Source: an uncultured Acidobacteriota bacterium (lineage in GTDB: Bacteria > Acidobacteriota > Thermoanaerobaculia > UBA5066 > Gp7-AA6). Taken from it: a DNA stretch of 64,000 nucleotides. This document shows, piece after piece, positions 50,200-59,979 of the stretch (positions are counted from its first letter, which is position 1; each line of letters begins with the position of its first letter). The DNA lies in NCBI GenBank assembly GCA_963773905.1, contig CAVZDB010000005.1:326257-390256 (forward strand). Reading direction: 5' to 3'. The notes beneath the pieces were generated by a model. The model was not told where the DNA came from and ran no database searches. It saw nothing but the letters and a program-made list of their open reading frames with translations. A program made the position numbers and the translations under genes.

Positions 50200-50553
50200 A
50201 TGACGGCGCCGAAGACTCCGGGCAGCGCCGTGAGCGCGCTGAAGCGGAAGACGAGGGCCCTCGCGGCCCACCGGAAGAAGATCTGGAACATCGCGCTCGG
50301 GATCTTCTTCTTCATCCTGGGAGTCATCGGGATCCTGATCCCGGTCATGCCTCAGCTCATCTTCTTCTTCCTGTCGGCGATCTTCTTCTCGCGTGCCTCG
50401 AAACGCTTCCGGCGCGCGCTGCGCCGCTACCGGCAACGCCACCCGAAGGTGGAGAAGGCCTACGTCGCCTGGCGCCGGAAGGCGCGCGAGAAGCGGAGGA
50501 AGTGGATTCGGAAGCTTCGGGACGAGAGGGACGGTCTGATCATCGGAGACTGA
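50200..50553 (+). CDS. YbaN/DUF454-like small inner-membrane protein
   Basis: ORF of 117 aa. IALGIFFFILGVIGILIPVMPQLIFFFLSAIFFSRASKRF resembles the DUF454 core. The C-terminus is basic. Confidence 0.65.
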   Translation: MTAPKTPGSAVSALKRKTRALAAHRKKIWNIALGIFFFILGVIGILIPVMPQLIFFFLSAIFFSRASKRFRRALRRYRQRHPKVEKAYVAWRRKAREKRRKWIRKLRDERDGLIIGD

Positions 50554-50584
50554 CGATCGCCAATCGGCAATCGCCAATTCCCTC

Positions 50585-51751
50585 TCAGTCCATCTGGCGG
50601 CGCAGCACCGTCGGGATGTCGAAGTCGTCCCGCGAGGACGCGTTGGGTCCGAAGCCTCCGGAGTCATCACCCCGCAGGAACGGCGGACGCAAGGGCTTGG
50701 AGCCCACGGTCAGCGGCTTGGCCTCCTCGACCTCGGCGTCGTCCACGCCGCGCTCGAGCCGGTCGAAGCCCGTCGCGATGACGGTGACCTTGACGCTGCC
50801 CGACATCTTCTCGTCGTGGACGCAGCCGAACAGGATCTCGGCCTCCGGATCCGCGGCCTGCTGGATGATCTGGGCCGCCTCCGTCACCTCGACGAGCGTC
50901 AGGTCCGCGCCGCCCGTGATGTTCATCAGGACGCCCCGCGCGCCCTCGATCGACGCGTCCTCGAGCAGCGGCGAGGAGATCGCGGCCTGGGCGGCGTGGA
51001 TCGCGCGGTTCTCCCCCTCGGCCGTCGCGGTTCCCATGAGCGCGCGGCCCATGTCGGACATGATCTTGCGGACGTCCGCGAAGTCGAGGTTGATCTCGCC
51101 CGGGCAGTTGATGAGGTCCGAAATCCCCTGGATCGCCTGCCGCAGCACGTCGTCCGCGATCTGAAAGGATTCCTGCAGCGGCGTGTTCCGCTCGACGAAG
51201 GCCAGCAGCCGCTGGTTCGGAATGGTGATGAGCGTGTCGACGTGGTCCCGCAGCTCGCGCGAGGCCCGCTCGGCCTGGCGCATGCGCTTCTTCCCCTCGA
51301 ACTCGAACGGCTTGGTCACGACGGCCACGGCGAGCGCGCCGGCCTCGGCCGCGAGCTTGGCGAGGATCGGCCCCGCGCCGGAGCCGGTGCCGCCCCCCAA
51401 ACCCATGGCCAGGAACACCATGTCCGCGCCGGCCACCGCGTGGGCGAGCCGGTCCTGATCCTCGAGCGCCGCGTTCCTCCCGACGTCGGGGTCGGCGCCC
51501 GCTCCCAGGCCCTTGGTCAACCGCGCCCCGATCTGCAGCTTGTTCGGCGCCGAGCATTTGCGCAGGGCCTGGAGGTCCGTGTTGCAGGCGAAGTACTCGA
51601 CGCCCTTGACGCCCGCCGTGATCATCCGGTTGATGGCGTTCGAGCCGCCTCCCCCCACCCCGATCACGCGAATCGTGGCCGGCGACGCGTCGCCCCCGTC
51701 CAGCTCGATCGAGAGCTTCCGGCTGTCGTCGTCGTCCATGAACTCGATCAT
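50585..51751 (-). CDS. ftsZ: Cell division protein FtsZ
   Basis: This is the last 388 codons of ORF 50585..52495(-), starting at ATG 51751. Motifs: [17 protein letters not shown]...NTDLQAL...GLGAGADP...[12 protein letters not shown]...[10 protein letters not shown]. Confidence 0.95.
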   Translation of the reverse strand: MIEFMDDDDSRKLSIELDGGDASPATIRVIGVGGGGSNAINRMITAGVKGVEYFACNTDLQALRKCSAPNKLQIGARLTKGLGAGADPDVGRNAALEDQDRLAHAVAGADMVFLAMGLGGGTGSGAGPILAKLAAEAGALAVAVVTKPFEFEGKKRMRQAERASRELRDHVDTLITIPNQRLLAFVERNTPLQESFQIADDVLRQAIQGISDLINCPGEINLDFADVRKIMSDMGRALMGTATAEGENRAIHAAQAAISSPLLEDASIEGARGVLMNITGGADLTLVEVTEAAQIIQQAADPEAEILFGCVHDEKMSGSVKVTVIATGFDRLERGVDDAEVEEAKPLTVGSKPLRPPFLRGDDSGGFGPNASSRDDFDIPTVLRRQMD

Positions 51752-51789
51752 GGGTCCACCCCTCCGTCTCCGTTTCGTGTTTCCCCGCA

Positions 51790-53013
51790 TCAGAAGAAGT
51801 CCCGGATGAATCGCGAGACCGAGTTCGCCGCGTGGAAGAAGGCCTGGGCCCTTCGTCGGGACGGCTTGTAGCGGTGACCATATAGGAGAAGCCCGGTCGC
51901 CGTCGCCCACTCCGGCCGCGAGACCACGTCCACGAGTCCGCCCACCCCGGCGGGAATGCCGCGCCGGACGGGACCGTCGAAGATGCCCTCGGCGATCTCG
52001 ACGACGCCCTCGAGCTCCGAGCCGCCGCCCGTGAGGACGACGCCCGAGCGGATCTCCTTGTCGAGACCCAGCCGCTGGATGTCCTCGTGGATGAGCCCGA
52101 GAAGCTCCTCGGCCCTCGGCTGCAGGATGTCGGCGAGCGTCGTGCGCGGGCACAGCTTGGGGGCCCGGCCGCCGACCATCGGGACCTCGACCATCTCGTC
52201 CTCGGAGACCGCCGTGCGCAGGGCGCAGCCGAACTTCTTCTTGAGGCGCTCCGCGTCGGTGATCGGCGCGCGGAGCACGACCGCGAGATCGTTGGTGAAG
52301 TGATCGCCGCCGATCGGCACCACCGCCGTGTGCGCGATCGTGCCCTTCTGGTAGACGGCGACCTCGGTGGTCCCGCCGCCGATGTCGACCAGACAGATGC
52401 CGAGCTCCTTCTCGTCGGGGGTCAGCACCGCCTCCGCCGCGGCGAACTGCTCGAGGACCATCTGGACGACCTCGATCCCGGCCTTGTTCATGCACGTCAC
52501 GATGTTCTGCGTGACTGCGACCGGCGCCGTCACCACGTGGACCTCGACCTCGAGGCGGCTGCCGACCATGCCCTGGGGATCGGCGACACCGTCCTGGCCG
52601 TCGACCGCGAAGTCCCGGGGCAGGACGTGCACAACCTCATGATCCTGAGGGATTTGCACGCCGCGGGCGGCATCGATGACCCGGGCGACGTCTTCCTTGG
52701 TGATCTCCCGGTCCTTCCCCGCGACCGCGACCACCCCCCGGCTGTTGAAGGACCGGACATGCGAGCCCGACACCCCGACCCAGGCGCGGGAGATCTGAAC
52801 ACCCGCCATGATCTCCGCCTCCTCCGCGGCCCGCTTGATGGCCTCGATGGTGGCGTCGACGTTGATGATGTTGCCCTTGCGAGTGCCGCGGTTGGCGCAG
52901 GCGCCCTTCCCGATGACGTCGAGGGTGCCCGCGGCGTTCTGCTCGCCGATGAGGACGCAGATCTTGGAGGTACCGATGTCGCAGGCGACCAGAAATCCTT
53001 CGGGCTTCGACAT
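51790..53013 (-). CDS. ftsA: Cell division protein FtsA
   Basis: ORF 51790..53169(-), starting at ATG 53013 (GAGGAGG RBS). Motifs: [17 protein letters not shown]...[13 protein letters not shown]...[10 protein letters not shown]...[10 protein letters not shown]. Confidence 0.95.
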   Translation of the reverse strand: MSKPEGFLVACDIGTSKICVLIGEQNAAGTLDVIGKGACANRGTRKGNIINVDATIEAIKRAAEEAEIMAGVQISRAWVGVSGSHVRSFNSRGVVAVAGKDREITKEDVARVIDAARGVQIPQDHEVVHVLPRDFAVDGQDGVADPQGMVGSRLEVEVHVVTAPVAVTQNIVTCMNKAGIEVVQMVLEQFAAAEAVLTPDEKELGICLVDIGGGTTEVAVYQKGTIAHTAVVPIGGDHFTNDLAVVLRAPITDAERLKKKFGCALRTAVSEDEMVEVPMVGGRAPKLCPRTTLADILQPRAEELLGLIHEDIQRLGLDKEIRSGVVLTGGGSELEGVVEIAEGIFDGPVRRGIPAGVGGLVDVVSRPEWATATGLLLYGHRYKPSRRRAQAFFHAANSVSRFIRDFF

Positions 53014-53029
53014 CGCTACGGCAACCTCC

Positions 53030-53806
53030 TCAGAGACGATTCCCTGCGCCGTAGGCGCCGACGAGAATGATGCGATCCGCAAAGCGGAGATCGATGGCCC
53101 GTGCCTCCCACCCACGATTCTCAACGAAACCGCGCGCCTCGAGCAAGGCGCGAATCTTTCTCGAAGCATCCACTCGAAGAACGCGCACCGGTCTTCGGAA
53201 GATCGCGTCCATCATACCGAAACCCCCGTCCGGGAGCGAGGCGATTTCCGAGAGCTTCGCGAAATACTCGGGCGCGCCCGCGCGCAGATCCTCGAGCAAT
53301 CCCACGGCCTCGGGCAGGCCTCGCCGATCGCCGGTCAGGATGACGTACTCGGTGCGGTCGCGGCGGGAGTCGTAGGGGGCGATGAGGTTTCCCTCGGCGC
53401 CGACCCACCAGAAGGCGTCGCCCTCCCGGTAGAGCGCGACCGCGCGGCGCTCGATCACGCGCACCGACAGCTCGTCCGGGAACCGCTTGGTCAGCGTCAC
53501 GCGGTCGATCCACGGGTGCGTCGCGAGCCGGCTGGCCAGCGGAGCGAGAGGAAGCGACACCAGGTTTCGCCCGTTCCACTCCGAGAGCGCGGCGAGGATC
53601 TCTTCGGTTCGCGAGCGCGCATTGCCGGAGATCGCGAAGCGCCGCAGCGCGAAGTGCGGGCTCGAGAGGAAACGGACCAGGCCCAACGCGGCCGCGAGCA
53701 CGAGGACTCCCGGCAGCACGAAACGCACGGCGGCCGGCCGGCGGCGCTTGCGCACCGCGACCGCGCCGCGCCGCAGAAACGGCGCTTCTCTATCCGCTGC
53801 GGCCAC
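53030..53806 (-). CDS. ftsQ: Cell division protein FtsQ (POTRA)
   Basis: ORF of 258 aa, with a TM helix followed by FALRRFAISGNARSRTEEILAAL...HPWIDRVTLTKRFPDELSVRVIER. It sits between murC and ftsA. Confidence 0.85.
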   Translation of the reverse strand: MAAADREAPFLRRGAVAVRKRRRPAAVRFVLPGVLVLAAALGLVRFLSSPHFALRRFAISGNARSRTEEILAALSEWNGRNLVSLPLAPLASRLATHPWIDRVTLTKRFPDELSVRVIERRAVALYREGDAFWWVGAEGNLIAPYDSRRDRTEYVILTGDRRGLPEAVGLLEDLRAGAPEYFAKLSEIASLPDGGFGMMDAIFRRPVRVLRVDASRKIRALLEARGFVENRGWEARAIDLRFADRIILVGAYGAGNRL

Positions 53807-55196
53807 GCCTCAGGTACTCCTCTCCGAAACGCACGACATCGCCCGCGCCCAGAGTCAGGAGAACGTCCCCCGGACACAGGGTGCTCTCGAGCGCATCGAC
53901 AACTGCTTTCTTTTCAGAAACATACGATACGGACCGCGCCCCCGCCCCCCGGGCCGCGCGAGCGACCAGCTCGCCCGTGACCCCCGGAAGGGGGGCCTCC
54001 CGCGAGGGATAGACGTCCATCACGATCGCGAGGTCCGCTTCCGCGAGCGAGCGCCCGAACTCCTGCGCGAAGTCCCGCGTCCGAGAGAAGAGGTGCGGCT
54101 GAAACAGGGCCACGAGGCGCCGTTCCGGGTAGACCTGGCGCGCCGCCGCGAGCGTGGCCGCGATCTCGGTGGGATGGTGCGCGTAGTCGTCGACGACGAG
54201 CACGCCGCCGCGCTCGCCCTTGTTCTCGAAGCGCCGGACGACCCCGGTGAAGGATTCGAGCGCGCGGGCGATCGTGTCGAACGGGATGAGCAGCTCGCGC
54301 CCGACGGCGATCGCCGCGAGCGCGTTCGCGACGTTGTGCCTCCCCGGGAGGCGCAACCGGACCTCGCCGAGCACGCCCTGCTCCGCGTCGCGCACGACGA
54401 AACTCGTCGCGCTCGTCGCGGCCGCGCTCGGGTGCAGGTCGATGCGCTCCGCCGTCAGCCGGGCGTCCGAGTCGGGAGACGCGCCGTAGGTGACCACGCG
54501 CTTCTGGATCCGCGGCAGGAGGCTCCGCGCGCCGGCGTCGTCCGCGCACAGGACGATCGAACCGAAGAAGGGAACCCGGTTCGCGAACGTCGCGAAGGCG
54601 TCGAGGATGTCGTCGAGGTCGCGGTAGGTGTCGAGGTGGTCCGCCTCGACGTTGGTGATGACGGCCACGACCGGCGTGAGCGCCAGGAAGGAGCGGTCGT
54701 ACTCGTCCGCCTCGGCCACGAGGTAGTCGCCCTTCCCGAGGCGCGCGTTGGTCCCGAGGATGTGCACGCGGCCGCCCACCACGATCGTGGGATCGAAACC
54801 GGCCTCGGTCAGGACCATGCCGGTCAGCGAGGTCGTCGTCGTCTTCCCATGGGTGCCGGCGACCGCGATCCCCTGCTTCAGGCGCATGATCTCGCCCAGC
54901 ATCTCGGCGCGCCGGATGACCGGGATGCCGCGCGCCCGGGCCGCGGCGACCTCCGCGTTGGACTCGCCGACGGCCGAGGAGATGACGAGCAGGTCCGCGT
55001 CCTCGACGTGGGCCGGATCGTGGCCGATCCGGATCTTCGCGCCGAGCTTCTCGAGGTGGTCCGTGATCTCGGAGCGGGCCTGGTCGCAGCCCGAGATCTG
55101 GAGCGGCGTCGCCAGGAGGAGGATCTCGGCGAGGCCGCTCATGCCGACGCCGCCCGCGCCGACGAAATGCAGCCTCCGGAGCCTCAGGAACCTCAT
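53790..55196 (-). CDS. murC: UDP-N-acetylmuramate--L-alanine ligase
   Basis: ORF 53790..55562(-), starting at ATG 55196. Motifs: HFVGAGGVGMSGLAE...AVAGTHGKTTTTS...AEADEYDRSF...NVEADHLD...DDYAHHP. Confidence 0.95.
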   Translation of the reverse strand: MRFLRLRRLHFVGAGGVGMSGLAEILLLATPLQISGCDQARSEITDHLEKLGAKIRIGHDPAHVEDADLLVISSAVGESNAEVAAARARGIPVIRRAEMLGEIMRLKQGIAVAGTHGKTTTTSLTGMVLTEAGFDPTIVVGGRVHILGTNARLGKGDYLVAEADEYDRSFLALTPVVAVITNVEADHLDTYRDLDDILDAFATFANRVPFFGSIVLCADDAGARSLLPRIQKRVVTYGASPDSDARLTAERIDLHPSAAATSATSFVVRDAEQGVLGEVRLRLPGRHNVANALAAIAVGRELLIPFDTIARALESFTGVVRRFENKGERGGVLVVDDYAHHPTEIAATLAAARQVYPERRLVALFQPHLFSRTRDFAQEFGRSLAEADLAIVMDVYPSREAPLPGVTGELVARAARGAGARSVSYVSEKKAVVDALESTLCPGDVLLTLGAGDVVRFGEEYLRRGRSG

Positions 55197-56278
55197 CGGT
55201 TCCTCTCGACCTCGAGCACGAGCTTCGCCAGCTCCTTGGCCGCCCCGGGCTTGGCGAGCGCCCGCGCCTTCGCGCCCATGTCGACCAGGCGCGCGCGGTT
55301 CTCGAGGAGCTCGGTCAGGGTTCCGGCGATGTTCTCGCCGGAAAGGTCCTTCTCCTCCATGACGACCGCCGTCCCCGCCCGCGCGAGCGCCCGGGCATTG
55401 GCGAGCTGGTGCCCCGACGCGGCCGCGGCGAACGGGATGAGGATCGCGGGGCGGCCGGCGGCGATGAGCTCGGAGACCGTCATCGCGCCCGCGCGGCAGA
55501 TCACGACGTCGGCCCACGCCATCTCGCGGTGGAGGTGCGGGAGAAACGGCTCGAGCCTCCACTTCTGCGGCATGCGCGCGTAGCGCTGGCGGGTCCCGGT
55601 CAGGTCCTTCTCCCCCGTCTGGTGAACGACCTCGAAGTCCTTCTTCTCGAGCATGACGGCGGCGCGCGCGATCGCCCGGTTGATGACGCGGGAGCCCTGG
55701 CTTCCGCCGAACACCAGCACGCGCTTGGTCTTCGCCTCCGGGTCGATGGGCGGGATCTCGAAGAACTCCGGGCGCACCGGCGTGCCCGTGACGAGGCCCG
55801 GCTTCTTGAGGTGCTTGTTGGCGGTCGCGATGCCCAGGGCCGTCTTCGTGGCGAAGCGGTTGAGGAACCTGTTGGCGACGCCGGGGAGCGCGTTGGACTC
55901 GTGGATTACGGTCGGGATGCCGAGCGATCGCGCCGCCAGGATCACGGGAATGCTGACGTAGCCTCCGACGCCCACGACGACGCGCGCGCGGTGCCGGCGC
56001 AGGAGGGTGCGCGCGGCGGCGAATCCTCCCGGCAGCTGGGCGAGCGCGCGGATGCGCTTTCCGATCGTCTTCCCGACGAAGCCGGAGGCCTCGATCAGCT
56101 CCAGCGGGAACCCGGCCTCCGGCACCAGGCGGGACTCGAGGCCGTGGGCGGTCCCGACGAAGAGGATGGCCGCGGTCGGGCGCTTGGCGCGGATCTCGTT
56201 GGCGAGCGCGATCCCGGGCACGATGTGTCCGCCGGTACCCCCGGCCGCGATCACGTAGGTCCCCAATTCGCCCGTCAT
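55193..56278 (-). CDS. murG: UDP-GlcNAc--lipid I N-acetylglucosaminyltransferase MurG
   Basis: ORF of 361 aa. Motifs: AAGGTGGHIVPGIALA...GGSQGS...CRAGAMTVSEL...IPFAAA..GHQ..NA. Confidence 0.95.
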   Translation of the reverse strand: MTGELGTYVIAAGGTGGHIVPGIALANEIRAKRPTAAILFVGTAHGLESRLVPEAGFPLELIEASGFVGKTIGKRIRALAQLPGGFAAARTLLRRHRARVVVGVGGYVSIPVILAARSLGIPTVIHESNALPGVANRFLNRFATKTALGIATANKHLKKPGLVTGTPVRPEFFEIPPIDPEAKTKRVLVFGGSQGSRVINRAIARAAVMLEKKDFEVVHQTGEKDLTGTRQRYARMPQKWRLEPFLPHLHREMAWADVVICRAGAMTVSELIAAGRPAILIPFAAAASGHQLANARALARAGTAVVMEEKDLSGENIAGTLTELLENRARLVDMGAKARALAKPGAAKELAKLVLEVERNR

Positions 56279-56312
56279 GCGCTCCGCCCTTTGAGCTGTC
56301 AGCGGTCCGCTG

Positions 56313-57416
56313 TCAGCTCGCCTCCCCGACCTCGTGCTGCGACACGTTCAGGATCAGGCCGCCGGCGATCCAGGACGCGATCAGCGACGACCCGCCGTAC
56401 GAGACGAACGGCAGCGGGATCCCCTTGGTGGGCACGAGCGCCAGGACGACCGACAGGTTGATCGCGGCCTGGACCACGATCATCGCCGTCGCGCCGGCCG
56501 CGAGGAAAGCGGAGAAGGCATCCGGCGCACGGCGCGCCGCGCGGACGCCCCTCCACGCGACGACCCCGAAGCACGCGACCATCGCCGCCGCGCCGACGAA
56601 GCCGAGCTCCTCGCCGACGATCGCGAAGATGAAGTCGGTGTGGGGATACGGCAGGAAGAAGAGCTTCTGCCGGCTGCCTCCCAGCCCGTTGCCGAACCAC
56701 CCGCCCGCGCCGACCGCGATCAGCGACTGGATCGCCTGGAAGCCGGCGCCCAGCGGGTCGGCCTGGGGATTCAGGAACGAGAGGAGCCGCGCCCGCCGGT
56801 AGTCGGCGGAGAGCAGGATCGCGGCCAGGACCGGGACCATCGCGAGCGCGCCGAAGAGGAACCAACGGGCTCGCGCCCCCGAGAGCCAGAGCAGCACCGC
56901 GCACAGCATCACGTAACACACCGCGGTGCCGAAGTCGGGTTGGAGCACGACCACGCCCGCCGCCAGCCCCGTGAACACGACCGACGGCAGCAGGGCGCGC
57001 TCGGAGTCGCCCGCCTTCTCGGACTTTCGCGCGAGCTGGTGCGCGAGCAGCAGGACGAGCGCGACCTTGAGCAGCTCGGAGGGCTGCAGCATCGTCACGC
57101 CGAGGGGGATCCAGCGCCGCGCGCCGTTGATCGGCGGCCGGAACAGCGCGAAGACGGCCAGCAGGAGCGTGAAGGCGTAGGCGCCGTACACGACCCACGG
57201 CTTGCCGAGCTTGCGATAGTCCGTCCGATAGATCGCGAACGCGGCCAGGCCGCCGAGGATGAGCGCGGCGATCTGCTTGGTCAGGTAGCGGTAGGGGTTG
57301 CCGGACGTCTCGCCCGCCGAGACGGCCGACGCGCTGTAGATCATGACGCAGCCGAAGAGCGACAGCGCCACCAGCGCGACGAAGAGGATCTTGTCCGATG
57401 TGAGCTTACGCGCCAT
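56313..57416 (-). CDS. ftsW: SEDS-family cell division protein FtsW
   Basis: ORF 56313..57488(-), starting at ATG 57416. It has about 10 TM helices and the motifs LQPSELLKVALVLLLA, QPDFGTA, HTDFIFAIVGEELGF, PLPFVSYGGSS. Confidence 0.9.
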   Translation of the reverse strand: MARKLTSDKILFVALVALSLFGCVMIYSASAVSAGETSGNPYRYLTKQIAALILGGLAAFAIYRTDYRKLGKPWVVYGAYAFTLLLAVFALFRPPINGARRWIPLGVTMLQPSELLKVALVLLLAHQLARKSEKAGDSERALLPSVVFTGLAAGVVVLQPDFGTAVCYVMLCAVLLWLSGARARWFLFGALAMVPVLAAILLSADYRRARLLSFLNPQADPLGAGFQAIQSLIAVGAGGWFGNGLGGSRQKLFFLPYPHTDFIFAIVGEELGFVGAAAMVACFGVVAWRGVRAARRAPDAFSAFLAAGATAMIVVQAAINLSVVLALVPTKGIPLPFVSYGGSSLIASWIAGGLILNVSQHEVGEAS

Positions 57417-58896
57417 CGCGATCTCCTGCGGTGCCCGCGGCATCTGCGGTGCCCTCCGCGGTGCCCGCCGCGGCTCCGGCGGCCTCACGCGCGAGCGAAG
57501 CGAAGTGGTCCCCGCGCTCCTCGAAGTTGCGGTACTGGTCGAACGACGCGCAGGCCGGCGACAGGAGCACCGTGTCGCCCCGGCGCGCGAGCTCCGCGGC
57601 GGCGGCCACGGCGCGCTCCATCGTCTCGCAGCGCACGATCGCTGCGGATCCGGCGAGCGCGCGTTCGATCAGCGGCGCGGCCTCGCCGACCGTCAGCACG
57701 GCCCGGACGTTGTGCGCCACGAGCGGCGCGAGCGCCGCGAAGTCGCCCTGCTTGTCCCGTCCGCCGAGGATCAGGAGCACGCTGCCGGGCGCGAACCCCT
57801 CGAGGGACTTGAGCGTCGCGTCGACGTTGGTCCCCTTCGAATCGTCGACCCAGCGCACGCCGCGCGACTCGGCCACGAGCCGGCTCCGGTGCGGGAGACC
57901 CGCGAACTCCGTCAGGGCGGCGACGATCGGAGCCTCGCCGACGCCCAGGCACTCGGCCGCGGCCAGCGCCGCCAGCGCGTTCTCGAGGTTGTGAACGCCG
58001 GGCAGCGAGAGCCGCGCGGCCGGAAGGACGCGGCGGATCCGGCCGGAGAGGTCGGAGCACAGCTCGCCGTCCTGGAGCCAGGCCCCTCCCGCCTCGGGCC
58101 TCCTGCGCCGGGAGAAGAGCACGCGCCGCGCGGCGCCTTCGAGAGGCAGGGCGAGCGACTCGGGATCGTCGGCGTTGAGAACCGCGGAATCCGCCGCGCG
58201 CTGCTTCGCGAACACGCGCGCCTTGGCCGCCGCGTACTCTCGCATGCCGGCATGGCGGTCCAGGTGGTCGGGCGTGATGTTGGTCAGGACCGCGACGTCG
58301 GGACGGAAGCGGTCGAGGGTCTCGGCCTGGAAGGAGGAGACCTCGCACACGAAGTCGCGCGGCGTGGTCTCGGAGAGAAATCCCGACAGCGGCGAGCCGA
58401 TGTTGCCGGCGAGCGCCACCGGCCGGCCCGCGCGCCTCAGGATGTCCGCGATCCAGCTCGTCGTGGTCGACTTGCCGTTGGTCCCGGTGACGGCGACCCA
58501 CCGGTTCTTCCCGGCGGCCCCGGACGCGACTTCGCCCTCGGCTTCGATGAGGCGCCACGCGACCTCGAGCTCCGCCAGGACGGGGATCCCCGCCGCACGC
58601 GCCGCCTGCACCGGGGGTGCGGTGAGCGGAACGCCCGGAGAGATCGCGAGCCAGTCGGCGCCGTCGAGGAACCCGGCCGGAGGACCTCCGAAGAAGAGGC
58701 GCGCGCCGCGGGCGCGGAACGAGGCGGCGTCGGCGAAGGCCTCCTCCGCCCTGCTGTCGCCCACCGAAACGGAGACCCCGCGCGCGAGCAGCGCGTCGGC
58801 CAGCGCCCGCCCGCTGCGGGCGAACCCGAGGACCGCGACGCGGCGCGGGAGGACCCCGGCAAGGGGCGGCGTTGCGGGAGAGGCCGCGGCGCTCAT
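57406..58896 (-). CDS. murD: UDP-N-acetylmuramoylalanine--D-glutamate ligase
   Basis: This is the last 496 codons of ORF 57406..59712(-), starting at ATG 58896. Motifs: VAVLGFARSG...VTGTNGKSTTTS...SSFQ...NITPDHLDRH...DSKGTN. It has an Ala/Gly-rich C-terminal extension. Confidence 0.9.
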   Translation of the reverse strand: MSAAASPATPPLAGVLPRRVAVLGFARSGRALADALLARGVSVSVGDSRAEEAFADAASFRARGARLFFGGPPAGFLDGADWLAISPGVPLTAPPVQAARAAGIPVLAELEVAWRLIEAEGEVASGAAGKNRWVAVTGTNGKSTTTSWIADILRRAGRPVALAGNIGSPLSGFLSETTPRDFVCEVSSFQAETLDRFRPDVAVLTNITPDHLDRHAGMREYAAAKARVFAKQRAADSAVLNADDPESLALPLEGAARRVLFSRRRRPEAGGAWLQDGELCSDLSGRIRRVLPAARLSLPGVHNLENALAALAAAECLGVGEAPIVAALTEFAGLPHRSRLVAESRGVRWVDDSKGTNVDATLKSLEGFAPGSVLLILGGRDKQGDFAALAPLVAHNVRAVLTVGEAAPLIERALAGSAAIVRCETMERAVAAAAELARRGDTVLLSPACASFDQYRNFEERGDHFASLAREAAGAAAGTAEGTADAAGTAGDRDGA

Positions 58897-59978
58897 CGCA
58901 GCTTCAGGGTCGACAGCGCGATCACCGCGAACAGGATCGCGAGGATCCAGAAGCGGATGATCACACGCGACTCCGCCCATCCCGCGAGCTCGAAGTGGTG
59001 GTGGATCGGGGCCATCCGGAAGACGCGCTTTCCGGTGAGCTTGAAGGAGACGACCTGGATGATCACCGATAGCGCCTCCATCACGAAGAGGCCGCCGACG
59101 ATCACGAGGAGGATCTCCTGCTTGGTCATGACCGCAACCGCGGCGATCGCGGCGCCCAGCGGCAGCGAGCCGACGTCGCCCATGAAGATCTCCGCCGGAT
59201 GGCAGTTGAACCAGAGGAACCCGAGCGAGGCGCCGACGAGGGCTCCGCAGAAGACGGTGAGCTCGCCGGACTGCGGGATGAAGGGAATCTGGAGGTAGCG
59301 GGCCGTGACGAAGTTGCCCGTGACGTAGGCGAGCACCGCGTAGGTGCCCGCGGCGATGCCGACGGCGCCGATCGCGAGCCCGTCGAGACCGTCCGTGAGG
59401 TTCACCGCGTTGGACGATCCGACCACGACGAGCGCCACGAACGGAATATAGAGGATGCCGAGAGGAATCAGGAGCCTCTTCAAGAACGGGAACGTGATGA
59501 CGGTGGAGAACGCGCCGTGGCTCGCCCACTGCGTGATGGCCCACGCCACCGCGAGCGCCACCAGGAACTGCGGGATGAGCTTGCCGCGGCCCGAGAGACC
59601 CCGGTTGCGGCGCCGGGTCACCTTGACGAAGTCGTCGGCGAAGCCCACGGCGCCGAGCGCGAGGAGCGTGCCGAGCGCGATCCAGACGAAGCGGTTCGAG
59701 AGGTCCATCCACAGGAGCGTCGCCGTCGCGACGGCCAGGAGGATGAGCAGGCCGCCCATCGTCGGCGTGCCCGCCTTGGCGAGGTGCGACTTGGGCCCCT
59801 CCTGGCGGATCGACTGCCGGATCTGCGCGGCACGCAGCCAGCGGATCATCGCGGGGCCGAGCGTCAGGGTGAGGAGCAGCGCCGTGACCGCCGACATCGC
59901 CGTCCGGAACGTGATGTAGCGGAACACGTTGAACACCGGGTAGCGCGAGGCGAACGGGAAGAGGAGCCAGTACAGCAT
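58893..59978 (-). CDS. mraY: Phospho-N-acetylmuramoyl-pentapeptide transferase
   Basis: ORF of 361 aa. Motifs: FRYITFR...K.GTPTMGG...NAVNLTDGLDGLA...GDVGSLPLG...RMAPIHHHFE. Confidence 0.95.
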   Translation of the reverse strand: MLYWLLFPFASRYPVFNVFRYITFRTAMSAVTALLLTLTLGPAMIRWLRAAQIRQSIRQEGPKSHLAKAGTPTMGGLLILLAVATATLLWMDLSNRFVWIALGTLLALGAVGFADDFVKVTRRRNRGLSGRGKLIPQFLVALAVAWAITQWASHGAFSTVITFPFLKRLLIPLGILYIPFVALVVVGSSNAVNLTDGLDGLAIGAVGIAAGTYAVLAYVTGNFVTARYLQIPFIPQSGELTVFCGALVGASLGFLWFNCHPAEIFMGDVGSLPLGAAIAAVAVMTKQEILLVIVGGLFVMEALSVIIQVVSFKLTGKRVFRMAPIHHHFELAGWAESRVIIRFWILAILFAVIALSTLKLR

Positions 59979-59979
59979 C